Shown here in pieces: positions 19,265-29,816 of a stretch of 64,000 nt of DNA. The stretch covers positions 1,093 through 65,092 of IMG/VR virus record IMGVR_UViG_3300032086_001156, one strand, 5' to 3'. The position numbers and the translations under genes were made by a program. Each line of letters starts with the position of its first letter. Position 1 is the stretch's first letter. Source of the DNA: a virus (Duplodnaviria; Caudoviricetes). Under the pieces are notes generated by a model. It was not told the DNA's origin. It did not search any database and was given only the letters and a program-made list of their open reading frames with translations.

Positions 19265-19626
19265 TACAGTTCGATTCTATCACCCTCTTCGATTTTCTTT
19301 TCAGACCATCTATCTGCCCATGATTGACAATAAAATTCTGTCTCATCAGGCATAGGGTTTGTTGCAACCAACTCACCATTTTCTACTAAATCGATTTCAT
19401 AACCGTTTAGTGGATTCCCATCAACAACATAGATACATGCATGTCTACGATTAGTATTACTACTGTAGATATGTAACAATCTGTCGTTGGTCTCATCTCT
19501 AAGATGAGCTTCAAACTCAAATGAGTGGTCTTCAACCTCCAATGTTTCGGGGTCGTACTCCACAGTTACGTGTTTTTGTGGTTTCACGTCTTCAACCACT
19601 TTCTTCTTTTTTAATGATATAGCCAT
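19264..19626 (-). CDS. hypothetical protein
   Basis: C-terminal half resembles the neighbouring 74-aa ORF (YEIDL.ENG...W). Confidence 0.6.
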   Translation of the reverse strand: MAISLKKKKVVEDVKPQKHVTVEYDPETLEVEDHSFEFEAHLRDETNDRLLHIYSSNTNRRHACIYVVDGNPLNGYEIDLVENGELVATNPMPDETEFYCQSWADRWSEKKIEEGDRIEL

Positions 19627-19850
19627 TATACTAATTCCTCTTCCTTCAAATCAATTGTGTTAATAAAGTCCTGACACCAATTTTCTGCAACGTCTTCTGC
19701 GTATGATTCACTATGGTTGTGAACCTTCCGTGTTGCAACTTGTGTGTCATTGATATATAGGTCTACTTCGAAACCTTGTTTTGTTAAGTAAACGTTTGCA
19801 CTTTTACTTTCGTGTTTATAGTTGTGAAAAAGTTGTCTCACATTATCCAT
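19626..19850 (-). CDS. hypothetical protein
   Basis: FEVDLY...HSESYAEDVAENW; SD AGGAG. Confidence 0.65.
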   Translation of the reverse strand: MDNVRQLFHNYKHESKSANVYLTKQGFEVDLYINDTQVATRKVHNHSESYAEDVAENWCQDFINTIDLKEEELV

Positions 19851-19864
19851 AATATACTCCTATC

Positions 19865-20464
19865 TTACCAAAAAAATGAACCACCACCCGATAGTCCTAA
19901 CTGTTTTGCATAACGTGGTAGTCTGCAACTCCAATAGGCAGCTGATGTTTTATCTGTTTGGGATGAACAGTTATGTCTTGCCGCAAATGACTTTCTTGCT
20001 TCAGGGTCATCTAACTTAACTGATAAGTTTGCCCCTCCGTCTTTTGCACCAAAACTAACTTTTTTTACATTACCCGAAGAAGGGTCTTTAACATAAACAT
20101 AGAACTTCTTAGCTCCACCTCTCTTAGGTTTGTTTAGTTCTTTCTCCTTCTCATCCTTTTCTTCGTAAGTTAATCCTTTTAGATTTAACTTCTCAAAGAT
20201 TGAAGGTTCTTCCTCTTCCATAGGACAATCCAATGGTACAAGTTCTCCTTCGAAAATATCAAATTGACCAATGTCTGTTTCAATAGTCATCTTGTCAACT
20301 TCTGTTAATCTGTATCTGTCTTCTGCAACCAATCTCTTTACTTCTTTGATTACTTCAAAGTACATGGTAGACCCCAATCTATATGGATTGTCTAAGAAGT
20401 TGATGTTTTTTTCTTGTAACTGTTCAATTACTAAGTCAACACCTTGTTCTCTCAATGTCTTCAT
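19865..20464 (-). CDS. conserved viral hypothetical protein
   Basis: KKFYVYVKD...VKKVSFG...RKSFAARHNC...YWSC. Confidence 0.7.
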   Translation of the reverse strand: MKTLREQGVDLVIEQLQEKNINFLDNPYRLGSTMYFEVIKEVKRLVAEDRYRLTEVDKMTIETDIGQFDIFEGELVPLDCPMEEEEPSIFEKLNLKGLTYEEKDEKEKELNKPKRGGAKKFYVYVKDPSSGNVKKVSFGAKDGGANLSVKLDDPEARKSFAARHNCSSQTDKTSAAYWSCRLPRYAKQLGLSGGGSFFW

Positions 20465-21057
20465 GCCAAGTCCTTATCGTGGTTTAAATTACCTTTTTTC
20501 TTCTTGACTATAAATGCATTCACACGTGCATGACCCCACTGTTCAGGTGTTGTCCCTGGCCTATGTCCTGTCTTCCATGCAGCGACTCCACGTTTATACA
20601 CTTTCTTAAGTGTACCTACACTTATACCACTTTTCTTTGACTTGTCTTCGAATGAATCTTCTTCTAGAGGTTTTTCACCTTTCTCTTTCTTAGAGATTGC
20701 AATTGCAGCTTGTTGAGCAGGTGATTGTGCCTCTTCGATATCTTCTCTTGCAACCAGTTTCCAACCTTGTTTCTTCATCTTGTCAGCTTCTTTACCATCG
20801 ACCTTACGGGTAAATGAACCCTTCTTCATGGTATAGACTTCTGCACCTTCATTGACTGATTCGTTGTATGGAAAACCTTTCAAAGGATTATCAAACTTTT
20901 GACCGAAGTGTAACTTTGCTTTTACATCATCATTCTTCTTCTTTGCTTCTTCTAGGTATCTCTCTACCATTTGCCCTGGCGTATCTTCTTGATATGCCTT
21001 TAGTGTTTCAGGTGTCCCGATTTCGTGGACTCCGTTATCATGTTTGTTACCACTCAT
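20461..21057 (-). CDS. conserved viral hypothetical protein
   Basis: LKKVYKRGVAAWKTGHRPG...QWGHARVNAF. Confidence 0.7.
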   Translation of the reverse strand: MSGNKHDNGVHEIGTPETLKAYQEDTPGQMVERYLEEAKKKNDDVKAKLHFGQKFDNPLKGFPYNESVNEGAEVYTMKKGSFTRKVDGKEADKMKKQGWKLVAREDIEEAQSPAQQAAIAISKKEKGEKPLEEDSFEDKSKKSGISVGTLKKVYKRGVAAWKTGHRPGTTPEQWGHARVNAFIVKKKKGNLNHDKDLA

Positions 21058-21066
21058 TTTTTTCTC

Positions 21067-21381
21067 CTATGAATCCATATCTATTGTGCCGTCATACGAA
21101 CCCTTTTTAACTTGTTCTTCATAGTTAATAAGACCTGTGTATGCATCGTTCATTTTGTCCCAAACTTTCGAGACTGTATCTACTACCATAGGATACTGTA
21201 AGTCTGCATGTAGTTTGTCTGCTTGTTCTAAGACCTTTTTGATTTTTGCAATTTGTTTGAGTTCTTTATTTCTATCAAACTCTTTACCATCATACTTACT
21301 CTTTCTTTGATATGAACCATTGAATCCTAATTTCTCATCAAGTTGATGCATATTTCTATACGTTTCTATTAGTTTTTTCAT
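21067..21381 (-). CDS. hypothetical protein
   Basis: ORF coupled (ATGA) to the upstream gene. Confidence 0.6.
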   Translation of the reverse strand: MKKLIETYRNMHQLDEKLGFNGSYQRKSKYDGKEFDRNKELKQIAKIKKVLEQADKLHADLQYPMVVDTVSKVWDKMNDAYTGLINYEEQVKKGSYDGTIDMDS

Positions 21382-22298
21382 TTCTTTTTCCCCTTTGCAT
21401 CATAATCTTTGATAGATTTTCTTGCTATTTTCATCATTGCCTTTTGATGTGCTTTCTGTTGAGACTTAGTTCTATCTCTGAGTTTATCTGCATATCTTTC
21501 ACCTAAGTCTTCACCCATAACAAGTGATGATAATTGATTGATTATAACTGATATCTGAGTAGCGTTCATTGTTGATAACACTTCCAGTTGTTTTTTAGTT
21601 AGACCTTTAATCTTTGATAGTTTCTGTTTAAGTTGATTTGCATTTATTTCATTGACTTCAGGAACACAATTAGGAACCATCTTGTCCCCTTTCTTTTTCA
21701 TACCTTTTTGAGTGTATCCGTCCCAACACTCTTCTTCTACTGGTTCTCCGTCATTGATAAACCCATAACTTGATTTAAGGTATAAGTCACTCTTTGGTCT
21801 TTTGTGTGACATTGATACACTTGCACCTATCATTCTTGCAAGTTTATTCATTAACACTACACCCTTTTCTCTACTTGATTTCATCTCTTTACCAATATGT
21901 GTTTTGATAAGTTTGGTAAGTGAATCAATAATGAAACCAGTCTGTCCTACTAGTTTTCCTTCTTCTAAATCTGTGTACTGTTCTTCACCAAACATTTTCT
22001 TATATTGTTTAGTGTACTGTGACGGTTTAGTGTCTGCAGTTGCATCGCCAGGTGCTTTCTTATATGCACTTGGGTCATTGTCATCTTTCTTAGCACCCTT
22101 TGCGAAATGAGCTGCACGTTTCTCTTTTGTCTTCTTAGACATCTTATCACCGTCTGCATCTGCAGCGTAATACCTTTTTGGTTGAGTTCCTTTCTTGTCC
22201 TCAACGTCTTTGTCTTGTACAGTCTTTATTTTTTCTCGGATTAAGTTTAACATAATACTATTTATTGTTTTTTCTTTGTGAGTTCTGACTGTTTCCAC
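21378..22298 (-). CDS. mosaic Lys-rich hypothetical protein
   Basis: Short modules (TKPSQYTKQYKKMFGE; CWDGY...MVPNCVP) separated by xEE/NE motifs. Confidence 0.65.
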   Translation of the reverse strand: METVRTHKEKTINSIMLNLIREKIKTVQDKDVEDKKGTQPKRYYAADADGDKMSKKTKEKRAAHFAKGAKKDDNDPSAYKKAPGDATADTKPSQYTKQYKKMFGEEQYTDLEEGKLVGQTGFIIDSLTKLIKTHIGKEMKSSREKGVVLMNKLARMIGASVSMSHKRPKSDLYLKSSYGFINDGEPVEEECWDGYTQKGMKKKGDKMVPNCVPEVNEINANQLKQKLSKIKGLTKKQLEVLSTMNATQISVIINQLSSLVMGEDLGERYADKLRDRTKSQQKAHQKAMMKIARKSIKDYDAKGKKK

Positions 22299-23572
22299 TC
22301 TTGTGCTTTAGAGTTTGTAGGGAACTTAGATGTCCATGTCATCATCTTACCGAACAGTTTGTTTGCCTTAGTGTCTAGTGTTGCAAGGTCATCATCATTG
22401 ACTACTTCAATGAAGTCTCTTCCAAACATCTGTTTAAATCCTTTTGCATTCTTCTCTGCATTATTCCAATCATTTACGACTATCTCGTCTCTGAGTTTTC
22501 TTGGTCTCATCTGATTTCTTTTGAGTGCATTTTTAAGTGATGTTTTTACATAGACCATTTTGTATTCATATCCTGCTTGGTCTAGTAAATCTTTATAATC
22601 TTGAATCTTAGATTTCTTTGCAGCTGTAGTGTCAAATATCATACCTAATCTTCCGTTGATATATGCACCCATTTGTTTACCTGTAATCTTCTTTGCTTTT
22701 GCTCTGATAGGTGCATAGTCATCATCAGATGCTTTTCTTAAATCCAATGACATACCTGCTTTCTTCAGACCATTCTCAAATGCTCTATCAGTGTTTACTA
22801 GTTTTAATCCTAGTGATGGTAGTGCAAGTTTATCAACTACAGTTGACTTACCTGACCCTGGCCCACCCATTAAGAACACTGCCTTAAAGATACCTTGGTC
22901 ATACACTCCTTCTGTTAACACTCCCTCTTTTAACATATCGTTAATCATATAATGAGGAAAATCTGTGACCTCTTTGATACCCATTCCCTTTCGAACTGCA
23001 TCATATAATTTCTTTGCAATTCTTTTACCTGTTGATGGAACACCATCTTTAAATGAATCAAAGTCACCTTTCTCTGCAAACATTCTCATCTTACTTGCAG
23101 ACATTCCACTGACATCATCTGAATCGGGGTCTCTTTCCCCTGCTGATACAACTGCAATATCATCAAACTTATAGAAACCGTGTCTACCTTTTACACTATT
23201 GTATTTTGTGATTATGTTTTTAAATTCTGCAATCCTATCTGACCCCACAATCATGACGATGTTTCTGTATCCTTTGTCATAAAGGAATACTAGGATTTGG
23301 AATATTTGTCTTACGTCTTCGTTTACTACGTTTACTTTTCTACCAAAGAATGCTTTCAAGAACTTGACCTTGTCTTTATGAGTCAATGGATTCTTTACTT
23401 TATCACTAGAGTGTGATGAGAAGAGGATGGGGTCTCCTCCTACTGACTTTGACACTTTGACCATTCGGTCTACAAGTTTTTCGTGTCCATTTGTAGGTGG
23501 GTTGAAACGACCAAAAGTGAACACTGCTGGATTACTTTTTGCCTCTGATAAAAATTTGGTAAACGTTTTCAT
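22262..23572 (-). CDS. cytidyltransferase-like nucleotidyltransferase fused to a P-loop kinase
   Basis: FGRFNPPTNGH, VGSDR, MSASKMR; C-terminal GGPGSGKS, FDTT, RNQMRPR. Confidence 0.85.
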   Translation of the reverse strand: MKTFTKFLSEAKSNPAVFTFGRFNPPTNGHEKLVDRMVKVSKSVGGDPILFSSHSSDKVKNPLTHKDKVKFLKAFFGRKVNVVNEDVRQIFQILVFLYDKGYRNIVMIVGSDRIAEFKNIITKYNSVKGRHGFYKFDDIAVVSAGERDPDSDDVSGMSASKMRMFAEKGDFDSFKDGVPSTGKRIAKKLYDAVRKGMGIKEVTDFPHYMINDMLKEGVLTEGVYDQGIFKAVFLMGGPGSGKSTVVDKLALPSLGLKLVNTDRAFENGLKKAGMSLDLRKASDDDYAPIRAKAKKITGKQMGAYINGRLGMIFDTTAAKKSKIQDYKDLLDQAGYEYKMVYVKTSLKNALKRNQMRPRKLRDEIVVNDWNNAEKNAKGFKQMFGRDFIEVVNDDDLATLDTKANKLFGKMMTWTSKFPTNSKAQEWKQSELTKKKQ

Positions 23573-24777
23573 TATTTGTCCCAGTTCTTTGCAACTGTAA
23601 AGTTATTTAGTGAGAATTCCATACGGTCTACTAACTTGACAGCTTTACCATCTCTATCGATTGCAACGTATCCTTCGGGGTTTACAACCTTATAACCTGT
23701 ATCAGTTTTTACAAAAGTACCGATACTCTTTACTCTATTAAGTGCAACAATTATCGATTGTTTTGCATCCATCAAACCTTTTTGGAATGCAGTAAGACCA
23801 TCAATCATTCTCTTAAGTGATTTAAGTTCTCTCAATAATTGGTCTCTGATTTCAATCTTTGCTTGTTTGGTTTTCTCTTGTTTGTATGTTTTGATTTTTG
23901 CATTCCACTTGTCTTCTACGTGTTTAAGATATCCAAGTGTAGTAGGATTGTACTTACCTGTACGAATCATTGCATTGCAGTATGTCTTATATGATGCACC
24001 TGCCATACCTTTATTCATAAATTCTTGTTGAACTTTATTGAACTTGGTCAAGTCTTTTCTTTTTATCTTGTGGAAGTTCTTACCTGTTTCTGTGAGGTGT
24101 TTGGAAAGTTCAAGTGTTTCTTTTGCAGTCATTGATGACTTACCACTTTCATCTTTATATGATGCATCATCAATCCATACATCTCTGTTTGAACCTAATG
24201 AATTCGTGGATGCACCGAATGATGCAGATAAGTCTTCTATAGTGTCACCACTGTAAGTAGTGTGAAACACAATACCATACTTTGCATCTGCAATAGTTTT
24301 TCCTAATTCAGATGCTTTATCTACTGCATATAAAATAGTGTTTGGTTGGAATGTGATACAGTCTGTACCATCAATGTTCTTATCTTTCTTGTCACTCTCT
24401 GTGAACATCAAGTCACCTTGCATGACATTAGTCCACGTTAGTTTAGATAGATGTTTGTATGATTCAATGAACTTAGTTTCTAAATCTCCACTGAGTTCAT
24501 CTGCATTTTTGATTGCTTGTTCGGATGTGTAGTATTTAGGTTCCTTGTTGAAGAGTGATTTCTTTGCAACAAAGAATTGATTTGTTTCGGGGTGTAATCC
24601 ACAAAATATAGCAGGAGCTCCATCCCACTTTACTGTCATGTTAACTCCCTTCTTGGAGTTTCCCTTCATCATGTCACGAAGACCACGAAGGAAGTTTATA
24701 GCTGCTCTTCCTCCATCAATCCCTTGATTGATAATCTCGTCTTCTAAATGCTCTAAATGTAGGTTCTTAACTGCCAT
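23572..24777 (-). CDS. conserved T4-like protein with ligase-type nucleotidyltransferase motifs
   Basis: HLEHLED, KWDG, QGDLMF, PEGYV, VKLVDR. Confidence 0.7.
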   Translation of the reverse strand: MAVKNLHLEHLEDEIINQGIDGGRAAINFLRGLRDMMKGNSKKGVNMTVKWDGAPAIFCGLHPETNQFFVAKKSLFNKEPKYYTSEQAIKNADELSGDLETKFIESYKHLSKLTWTNVMQGDLMFTESDKKDKNIDGTDCITFQPNTILYAVDKASELGKTIADAKYGIVFHTTYSGDTIEDLSASFGASTNSLGSNRDVWIDDASYKDESGKSSMTAKETLELSKHLTETGKNFHKIKRKDLTKFNKVQQEFMNKGMAGASYKTYCNAMIRTGKYNPTTLGYLKHVEDKWNAKIKTYKQEKTKQAKIEIRDQLLRELKSLKRMIDGLTAFQKGLMDAKQSIIVALNRVKSIGTFVKTDTGYKVVNPEGYVAIDRDGKAVKLVDRMEFSLNNFTVAKNWDK

Positions 24778-24807
24778 AATAGTAAACTTTACCTGTTTGT
24801 CTACTAT

Positions 24808-24984
24808 TTATGTTTTTATGAGTGGTCGAGACGACAGTTTGTCGTCTAATTCTTGAATTTGTTTTTGATATAAAGAAACCATTCCATCATCCCCGATAGC
24901 TTTAGCTTCTTTTAATTTTCGTTTTAACCCAATCTTCTTGTTGATTGTTGTTATCACCTCATTAATGTGTTTCTTCTTATCCAT
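24808..24984 (-). CDS. small hypothetical protein (58 aa)
   Basis: Manual translation MDKKKHINEV...SRPLIKT. Confidence 0.55.
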   Translation of the reverse strand: MDKKKHINEVITTINKKIGLKRKLKEAKAIGDDGMVSLYQKQIQELDDKLSSRPLIKT

Positions 24985-24985
24985 A

Positions 24986-26482
24986 TCACTGCATGTAATT
25001 CAAACAGTTTAAGTATCCATCGTATCCTTCAGTAGATTCTGTATTCTCACCATTCACCCAAACATCACACACCTCATAACTAAAAGTAAAGTTGTAAGAG
25101 TATATGGTATCACCATTTACTTTTGTAATGTTAACACTATCACCTGTACCTAGGGATGGAAGTATTAAACTCTCAAAATTATTCATTCCTCTATTCAATG
25201 AGGATAATTCCTCATGTACATCGACTACATCTTCTTTGACGTATGAGTTGACTGTGTTGTATGGGGATTTGAAGTAGGTTGTTAAATTTTCACCTGTGCA
25301 ATCTTGTAATTCAAGACGCACTAAATCATCATGCATCTTTTCATTCCTCATCCAATCTGAACAAGTCCCATAGTCACCATCATAGTCTTTTAAATTAAAA
25401 GTCCATGTATTACTATTTATAAGATTAACATCAGTATTTTGTATAACTGTATAAGAATAATTCTCTTCATTCGTTACAGCTAAGTTGTTAAGTTCGGTCA
25501 ATGTTATGGGTAAAGAATCTATCGTGTCATTAACATAGTTTATCGTGACATTCCATACTTTCTGATATCTAGATTCCCAGTCACCATCGTTTACTGGTTC
25601 TGAAGTCATTTCTAATTGAACTCCTATGTCTGTTATAGGGTTGGTTGATAGAAGTGTTGCTATACTATTAGTTTCAATGATAAACTGGAATTTAGTATAA
25701 TCACTTCCTTCATATGCATCTTTAACTTTATATATGTCTACTAACACATCAGTCAATCTTTCTGCAATTTGTTGTTTGTCTGACTCACCTGTTGCAATGT
25801 AGTCAACGTAAAAATCTTGTAGGGATAATCCTGTACCCGTGTATAACTCAGTCTCAAATACACCTACATTTCTCCTAATGTTTGTTCTGACAGTTTGACC
25901 TTCAGAAGTACATCCTTGATAAGGTGTAAGTTGTGAGTTTTCGGATGCAATTAGATTACCTAGTATGGTAGTAAAGGGTGTGATGAATTGAGCTTCGTAT
26001 GCAGTTGCACCTTTAGGTATCATATAAAGGGTATAGGATTCAGTTACGTATCCTCTATCACTATCGTATGCACCTACAGGAACATTTGCAACCTTAATTG
26101 TCTCTTCAATACAATCCAACATTGCACGTGTGTTAACTCCAAAGTTGGAATTGAAATAGTCATTAGCTTGTTGTGCATCGTATGGTAAATCATAGAAGTC
26201 TGCAAGGTCATATTGGTCGAAAGACCAATCACCATCACTTCCTGTTGTTGTGTAGGGTTCTCCTTCGTCTAATACACCATTCGAATTGAAATCAAAAATG
26301 ACGGTTGCACCATCAATGTATCCATCGATTACTTTACCCGACATTCCTCCCTGAGGAAGACTGGTATTAGTTGGGGGTGTTGGAGGAGTAACACTATTTG
26401 TATCAAGAGATAAGGAGGCTGCACCTCCACCACCACATGCAGATAAAAATAATGTTAGGTATAGTGTTGTTAGTTTTTTCAT
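24986..26482 (-). CDS. large acidic bacterial-type lipoprotein
   Basis: MKKL...LSACGGGG lipobox; GKVIDGYIDGATV..D.N.NG.LD.GEP motif; start trimmed to MKKL. Confidence 0.75.
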   Translation of the reverse strand: MKKLTTLYLTLFLSACGGGGAASLSLDTNSVTPPTPPTNTSLPQGGMSGKVIDGYIDGATVIFDFNSNGVLDEGEPYTTTGSDGDWSFDQYDLADFYDLPYDAQQANDYFNSNFGVNTRAMLDCIEETIKVANVPVGAYDSDRGYVTESYTLYMIPKGATAYEAQFITPFTTILGNLIASENSQLTPYQGCTSEGQTVRTNIRRNVGVFETELYTGTGLSLQDFYVDYIATGESDKQQIAERLTDVLVDIYKVKDAYEGSDYTKFQFIIETNSIATLLSTNPITDIGVQLEMTSEPVNDGDWESRYQKVWNVTINYVNDTIDSLPITLTELNNLAVTNEENYSYTVIQNTDVNLINSNTWTFNLKDYDGDYGTCSDWMRNEKMHDDLVRLELQDCTGENLTTYFKSPYNTVNSYVKEDVVDVHEELSSLNRGMNNFESLILPSLGTGDSVNITKVNGDTIYSYNFTFSYEVCDVWVNGENTESTEGYDGYLNCLNYMQ

Positions 26483-26531
26483 AATATAAGTATACCACAA
26501 ATTGACATCCACCGTCAACCCGTTTTTAAAA

Positions 26532-26608
26532 TGGCACCCCCGAGAGGACTTGAACCTCTAACCTACGGCTTAGAAGGCCGTTGCTCTATCCAGTTGAGCT
26601 ACAGGGGC
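26532..26608 (-). tRNA. tRNA-Arg(TCT)
   Basis: Cloverleaf GCCCCTG...; anticodon loop CTTCTAA; GGTTCAAGTCC; encoded CCA. Confidence 0.95.
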
Positions 26609-26614
26609 AAAGAA

Positions 26615-26782
26615 TTACTCTTTTACCACTCTCTTGCTTTTGTAGACTCTCTTTTTACTTTCGTCTACATTAGGTGTGGACTTGTCGTCTGCGACAAATC
26701 TACCTTTTTCATCTCTGTTTCGAACCCATTCGAATCCTAAAAAATTGAGAGATGACTCTTTGAATTTTTTCCAAAATCCCAT
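26615..26782 (-). CDS. small hypothetical protein (55 aa)
   Basis: SD AGGAG; manual translation contains RDEKGRFVADDKSTP. Confidence 0.65.
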   Translation of the reverse strand: MGFWKKFKESSLNFLGFEWVRNRDEKGRFVADDKSTPNVDESKKRVYKSKRVVKE

Positions 26783-26791
26783 TGTATTCTC

Positions 26792-28189
26792 CTACATTTT
26801 GAAATCAGAAAACTTCTGACCTCTATCAAACACTGGAGTATCATCATTGTTTTCTGAATCATATAACTCCTCCTGTGCTTCCTGTTCGACATCATAGAGT
26901 TTCATTCTACTTCTGTCTACACCAATAACGAACCTCTTAAATATAGTTGGGTCGTTATATCTGTTCTTTAATTGTTTAACTACGAGTTGGTCTAAGTCTT
27001 CCAGTTCATCGGATGTAATCAGTGCAAACATTAAGTCTGCAGTTGCTGGTAATCCAAAACTTTCTGAAGTGTCTTCGAGACCAATATCTGTTGAACCATA
27101 ACCACTACGAGTTGTTTGTGTTGCACTCATGATTGGTATATCAAACTCTACTGCAAGTCCTCTAAGTTCCTCTGCAATACTCTTAACCAATGTGTAAGAG
27201 TTTGCACCTGCTCCTGGCTTGATTCTATACGATGCACAAATATTTAGATAGTCAATATAAATTACATCGGGTTGAAAATCTTTCTTCAGATTCAATTCTT
27301 GTAATAAGTGTCTAAAGTGTCCTACGTGTGCAGATGCAGTTGGGTATTCTTTGACAATCAATTTACCATGTGTCTTCTCTTTTAGTCTATCAACTTTCTT
27401 TGTAAATATCTTCTTAGAGATGTCGGGTAGGTCTTTGATTGGGATGTTAAGAACATTTGCATCGATTCTTTCTGCAATCTTTTCTTCACTCATTTCCATA
27501 GTGAGATACAAAACATTCTTACCTGCTACAAGATTTGCACTTGCACAATGACACATAAACAATGACTTACCAACACCAGTTCCTGCCAAACAAATATTCA
27601 ATGTCTTGTTTGGTAAACCACCTTTGGTAATCTTGTTAAAGTATTCCAAATCGAATGGTAGTTTCTCTTCTTCTCTAGTGTAGAAGTCATGTCGGTCTTC
27701 TGCATCTTCCAACTGGTCGTGACCAATATGAGAATCAAAAGACACGGAAAGTGCTTCCTTAAGTAACTCGGGTATCTCACCTGTTGAACGTTTTGAGTTT
27801 TTGTCAATTACTTCGATGGAATCCATAACTGCAATATAGATTGCCCTATCCTTACACCACTGTTCGGTCTCATCGACTAACCAGTCATGAGGTGTAGGGT
27901 CTACATCATCCCGAATGTTTTTTACCAACTGTGTTGATAACTTGAGAATGTTCTCGTTTATCTTTGAATCACTCTCAAGATTGATAAGGAGTGCTTCGGG
28001 TGTTGGTGGAATATTATAATTGTCAAAATACTTTTGAATATGTTTATACACATTACGTTCATCATCTTCTGAGAAATACTCTTCTTTTACAAAAGGAATC
28101 ACCTTCCGTGTGAAAGTCTCACTCTGTATCAGATTCTTCAGTATTGTCTGTTCTAGGCGTGTTTCCATATTTAAAGTAACTCTGTGCAA
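26792..28189 (-). CDS. gp41: replicative DNA helicase (gp41)
   Basis: [31 protein letters not shown]; true start probably METRLE. Confidence 0.96.
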   Translation of the reverse strand: MHRVTLNMETRLEQTILKNLIQSETFTRKVIPFVKEEYFSEDDERNVYKHIQKYFDNYNIPPTPEALLINLESDSKINENILKLSTQLVKNIRDDVDPTPHDWLVDETEQWCKDRAIYIAVMDSIEVIDKNSKRSTGEIPELLKEALSVSFDSHIGHDQLEDAEDRHDFYTREEEKLPFDLEYFNKITKGGLPNKTLNICLAGTGVGKSLFMCHCASANLVAGKNVLYLTMEMSEEKIAERIDANVLNIPIKDLPDISKKIFTKKVDRLKEKTHGKLIVKEYPTASAHVGHFRHLLQELNLKKDFQPDVIYIDYLNICASYRIKPGAGANSYTLVKSIAEELRGLAVEFDIPIMSATQTTRSGYGSTDIGLEDTSESFGLPATADLMFALITSDELEDLDQLVVKQLKNRYNDPTIFKRFVIGVDRSRMKLYDVEQEAQEELYDSENNDDTPVFDRGQKFSDFKM

Positions 28190-29174
28190 CCTGTTCGAGT
28201 TCGTTCATCACATCTTCTGTGAAATACTTCTCGGGGTTATTGTTAATAGTTTTACCGAATTCAGTTTTACCATTTGGTAATTTGACTCGTGTAGATGATT
28301 TCTCAAATACACCACTTGATAGTGCCATATCTAAGAGTCCATAGTATCTGTCTAGACCTGTTTCATAATTGAGTCTGACATCAACCATTCTATTTTCTAC
28401 AGTCAATCTTGACTTTGCATTCTTACAATGAATGATATTACCGATAACTTCTGTTCCTTCTTTTTCTTTCTTCTTAGATAGATAGATGATAGATGAAGCT
28501 GCATACTTCAATCCACTACCACCACCCATCTCTTTCTGAGGGAACATAGAACCAATAACATCATACGTGTGGTTGGTCACTATCATAGGAACTTTTGCAC
28601 GTCCTAACTTAAGTGTCAACACTCTGAATGCACCTTTGACAATCTGAGCTCTAGTCATATCTCTAGTCTCTTTACCATCTGAAGTGTCTTCGATTTCTTT
28701 GGTTGTAGATAACATACCAAGTGAATCGAGAACAAACATCATTTTAGGTCTATCGTCTTCGGGTGTCTCAAGATAGTTATCTAACATCTTGATAGATTGT
28801 GTTCTGAATTCTTGCACTGTTACAACTGGAACAATTACAATTCTGTTTGAATCGATTCCTCTTTCTTCAATCATATCTTTAGTGATTGCAGATTCGGATT
28901 CGAAATAGATTACTGCAGCGTCGGGGTTATCATCCAAGAACTGTTTAACCATTCCTAATGCGAAATAGGTTTTACCAGTTGCAGATTCACCTGCTATTGC
29001 AGTAATTTTGTTTGAGGGAAGTCCACCTTTTAGTGAACCACTTAGAAGTGCATTGAAAATATATGAACCAGTGTCGATAAAATTATCGACATCACCTGCT
29101 GCTACACCATCTGATACAACAGATGCATATTCATTTCCACTGCTCTTTATTATTTGTTTTAGAAAGTCCATCAT
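28119..29174 (-). CDS. uvsX: RecA-like recombinase
   Basis: [29 protein letters not shown]. Confidence 0.95.
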   Translation of the reverse strand: MMDFLKQIIKSSGNEYASVVSDGVAAGDVDNFIDTGSYIFNALLSGSLKGGLPSNKITAIAGESATGKTYFALGMVKQFLDDNPDAAVIYFESESAITKDMIEERGIDSNRIVIVPVVTVQEFRTQSIKMLDNYLETPEDDRPKMMFVLDSLGMLSTTKEIEDTSDGKETRDMTRAQIVKGAFRVLTLKLGRAKVPMIVTNHTYDVIGSMFPQKEMGGGSGLKYAASSIIYLSKKKEKEGTEVIGNIIHCKNAKSRLTVENRMVDVRLNYETGLDRYYGLLDMALSSGVFEKSSTRVKLPNGKTEFGKTINNNPEKYFTEDVMNELEQVAQSYFKYGNTPRTDNTEESDTE

Positions 29175-29325
29175 TCACTCCTTCATTTTTAATTGTATTA
29201 GTACATTTCACATGTTCTTCCATCATAGACTTAATCTGTGATATCTGTACTTCCATATAGAATAACCATGCAATGATTACTCCTATAGAGATTATATAAA
29301 CACAATCTAAAATACTAATTTCCAT
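29131..29325 (-). CDS. small membrane protein
   Basis: N-terminal TM helix; sigma70-like promoter upstream. Confidence 0.5.
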   Translation of the reverse strand: MEISILDCVYIISIGVIIAWLFYMEVQISQIKSMMEEHVKCTNTIKNEGVNDGLSKTNNKEQWK

Positions 29326-29372
29326 ACTATTATAATATACCTATTGGTCTTCCGTCAAGAGGTTTTTTAAAA

Positions 29373-29816
29373 TTAATCAAGAACAACTACACCCTCTTGT
29401 ATGAGTCGTTCTCTGTTTGCCAAGTGTTGTTGTTCCACTAGGTCTTTGTTCTCACCTGTATATTTAACTGCATGTCCATCAACAATCATTTGTTCGTTGA
29501 CATTCATCTCTGTTTCGTATACAGGATGTCCTTCATCAAAGTGTGCAATTATCTCACCAAGGATTCGTCCAAACTTACCCTTGTCATGAGAGATTAATGA
29601 TAACCTATCTGCACTCTCTAATAAACCTTTTAAATGTTTCTTCGAAGCTTTACCAAACTTCTTTTCTACTAAATCTCTAGTTCTACTTTCGGGTGTATCG
29701 ATGCCCAAAAATCTAACTCTTTGTTTTTTTAATACTGTAGAGAATCCTAAATCGATATCTACGTCAATGGTATCACCGTCAACCACTTTTACTACTGTTA
29801 CATTATACTGATACAT
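29373..29816 (-). CDS. thermonuclease (SNase) family nuclease
   Basis: VVDGDT, RFLGIDTPESR, GKFGRILG. Confidence 0.9.
   Translation of the reverse strand: MYQYNVTVVKVVDGDTIDVDIDLGFSTVLKKQRVRFLGIDTPESRTRDLVEKKFGKASKKHLKGLLESADRLSLISHDKGKFGRILGEIIAHFDEGHPVYETEMNVNEQMIVDGHAVKYTGENKDLVEQQHLANRERLIQEGVVVLD

Noticed and set aside
24829-24847. Inverted repeat AGACGACA-GTT-TGTCGTCT
   Set aside because: It lies inside a small ORF and has no adjacent U tract; too weak to call a terminator.
26531-26740. 69-aa plus-strand ORF
   Set aside because: It is antisense to tRNA-Arg and to a small minus-strand gene.
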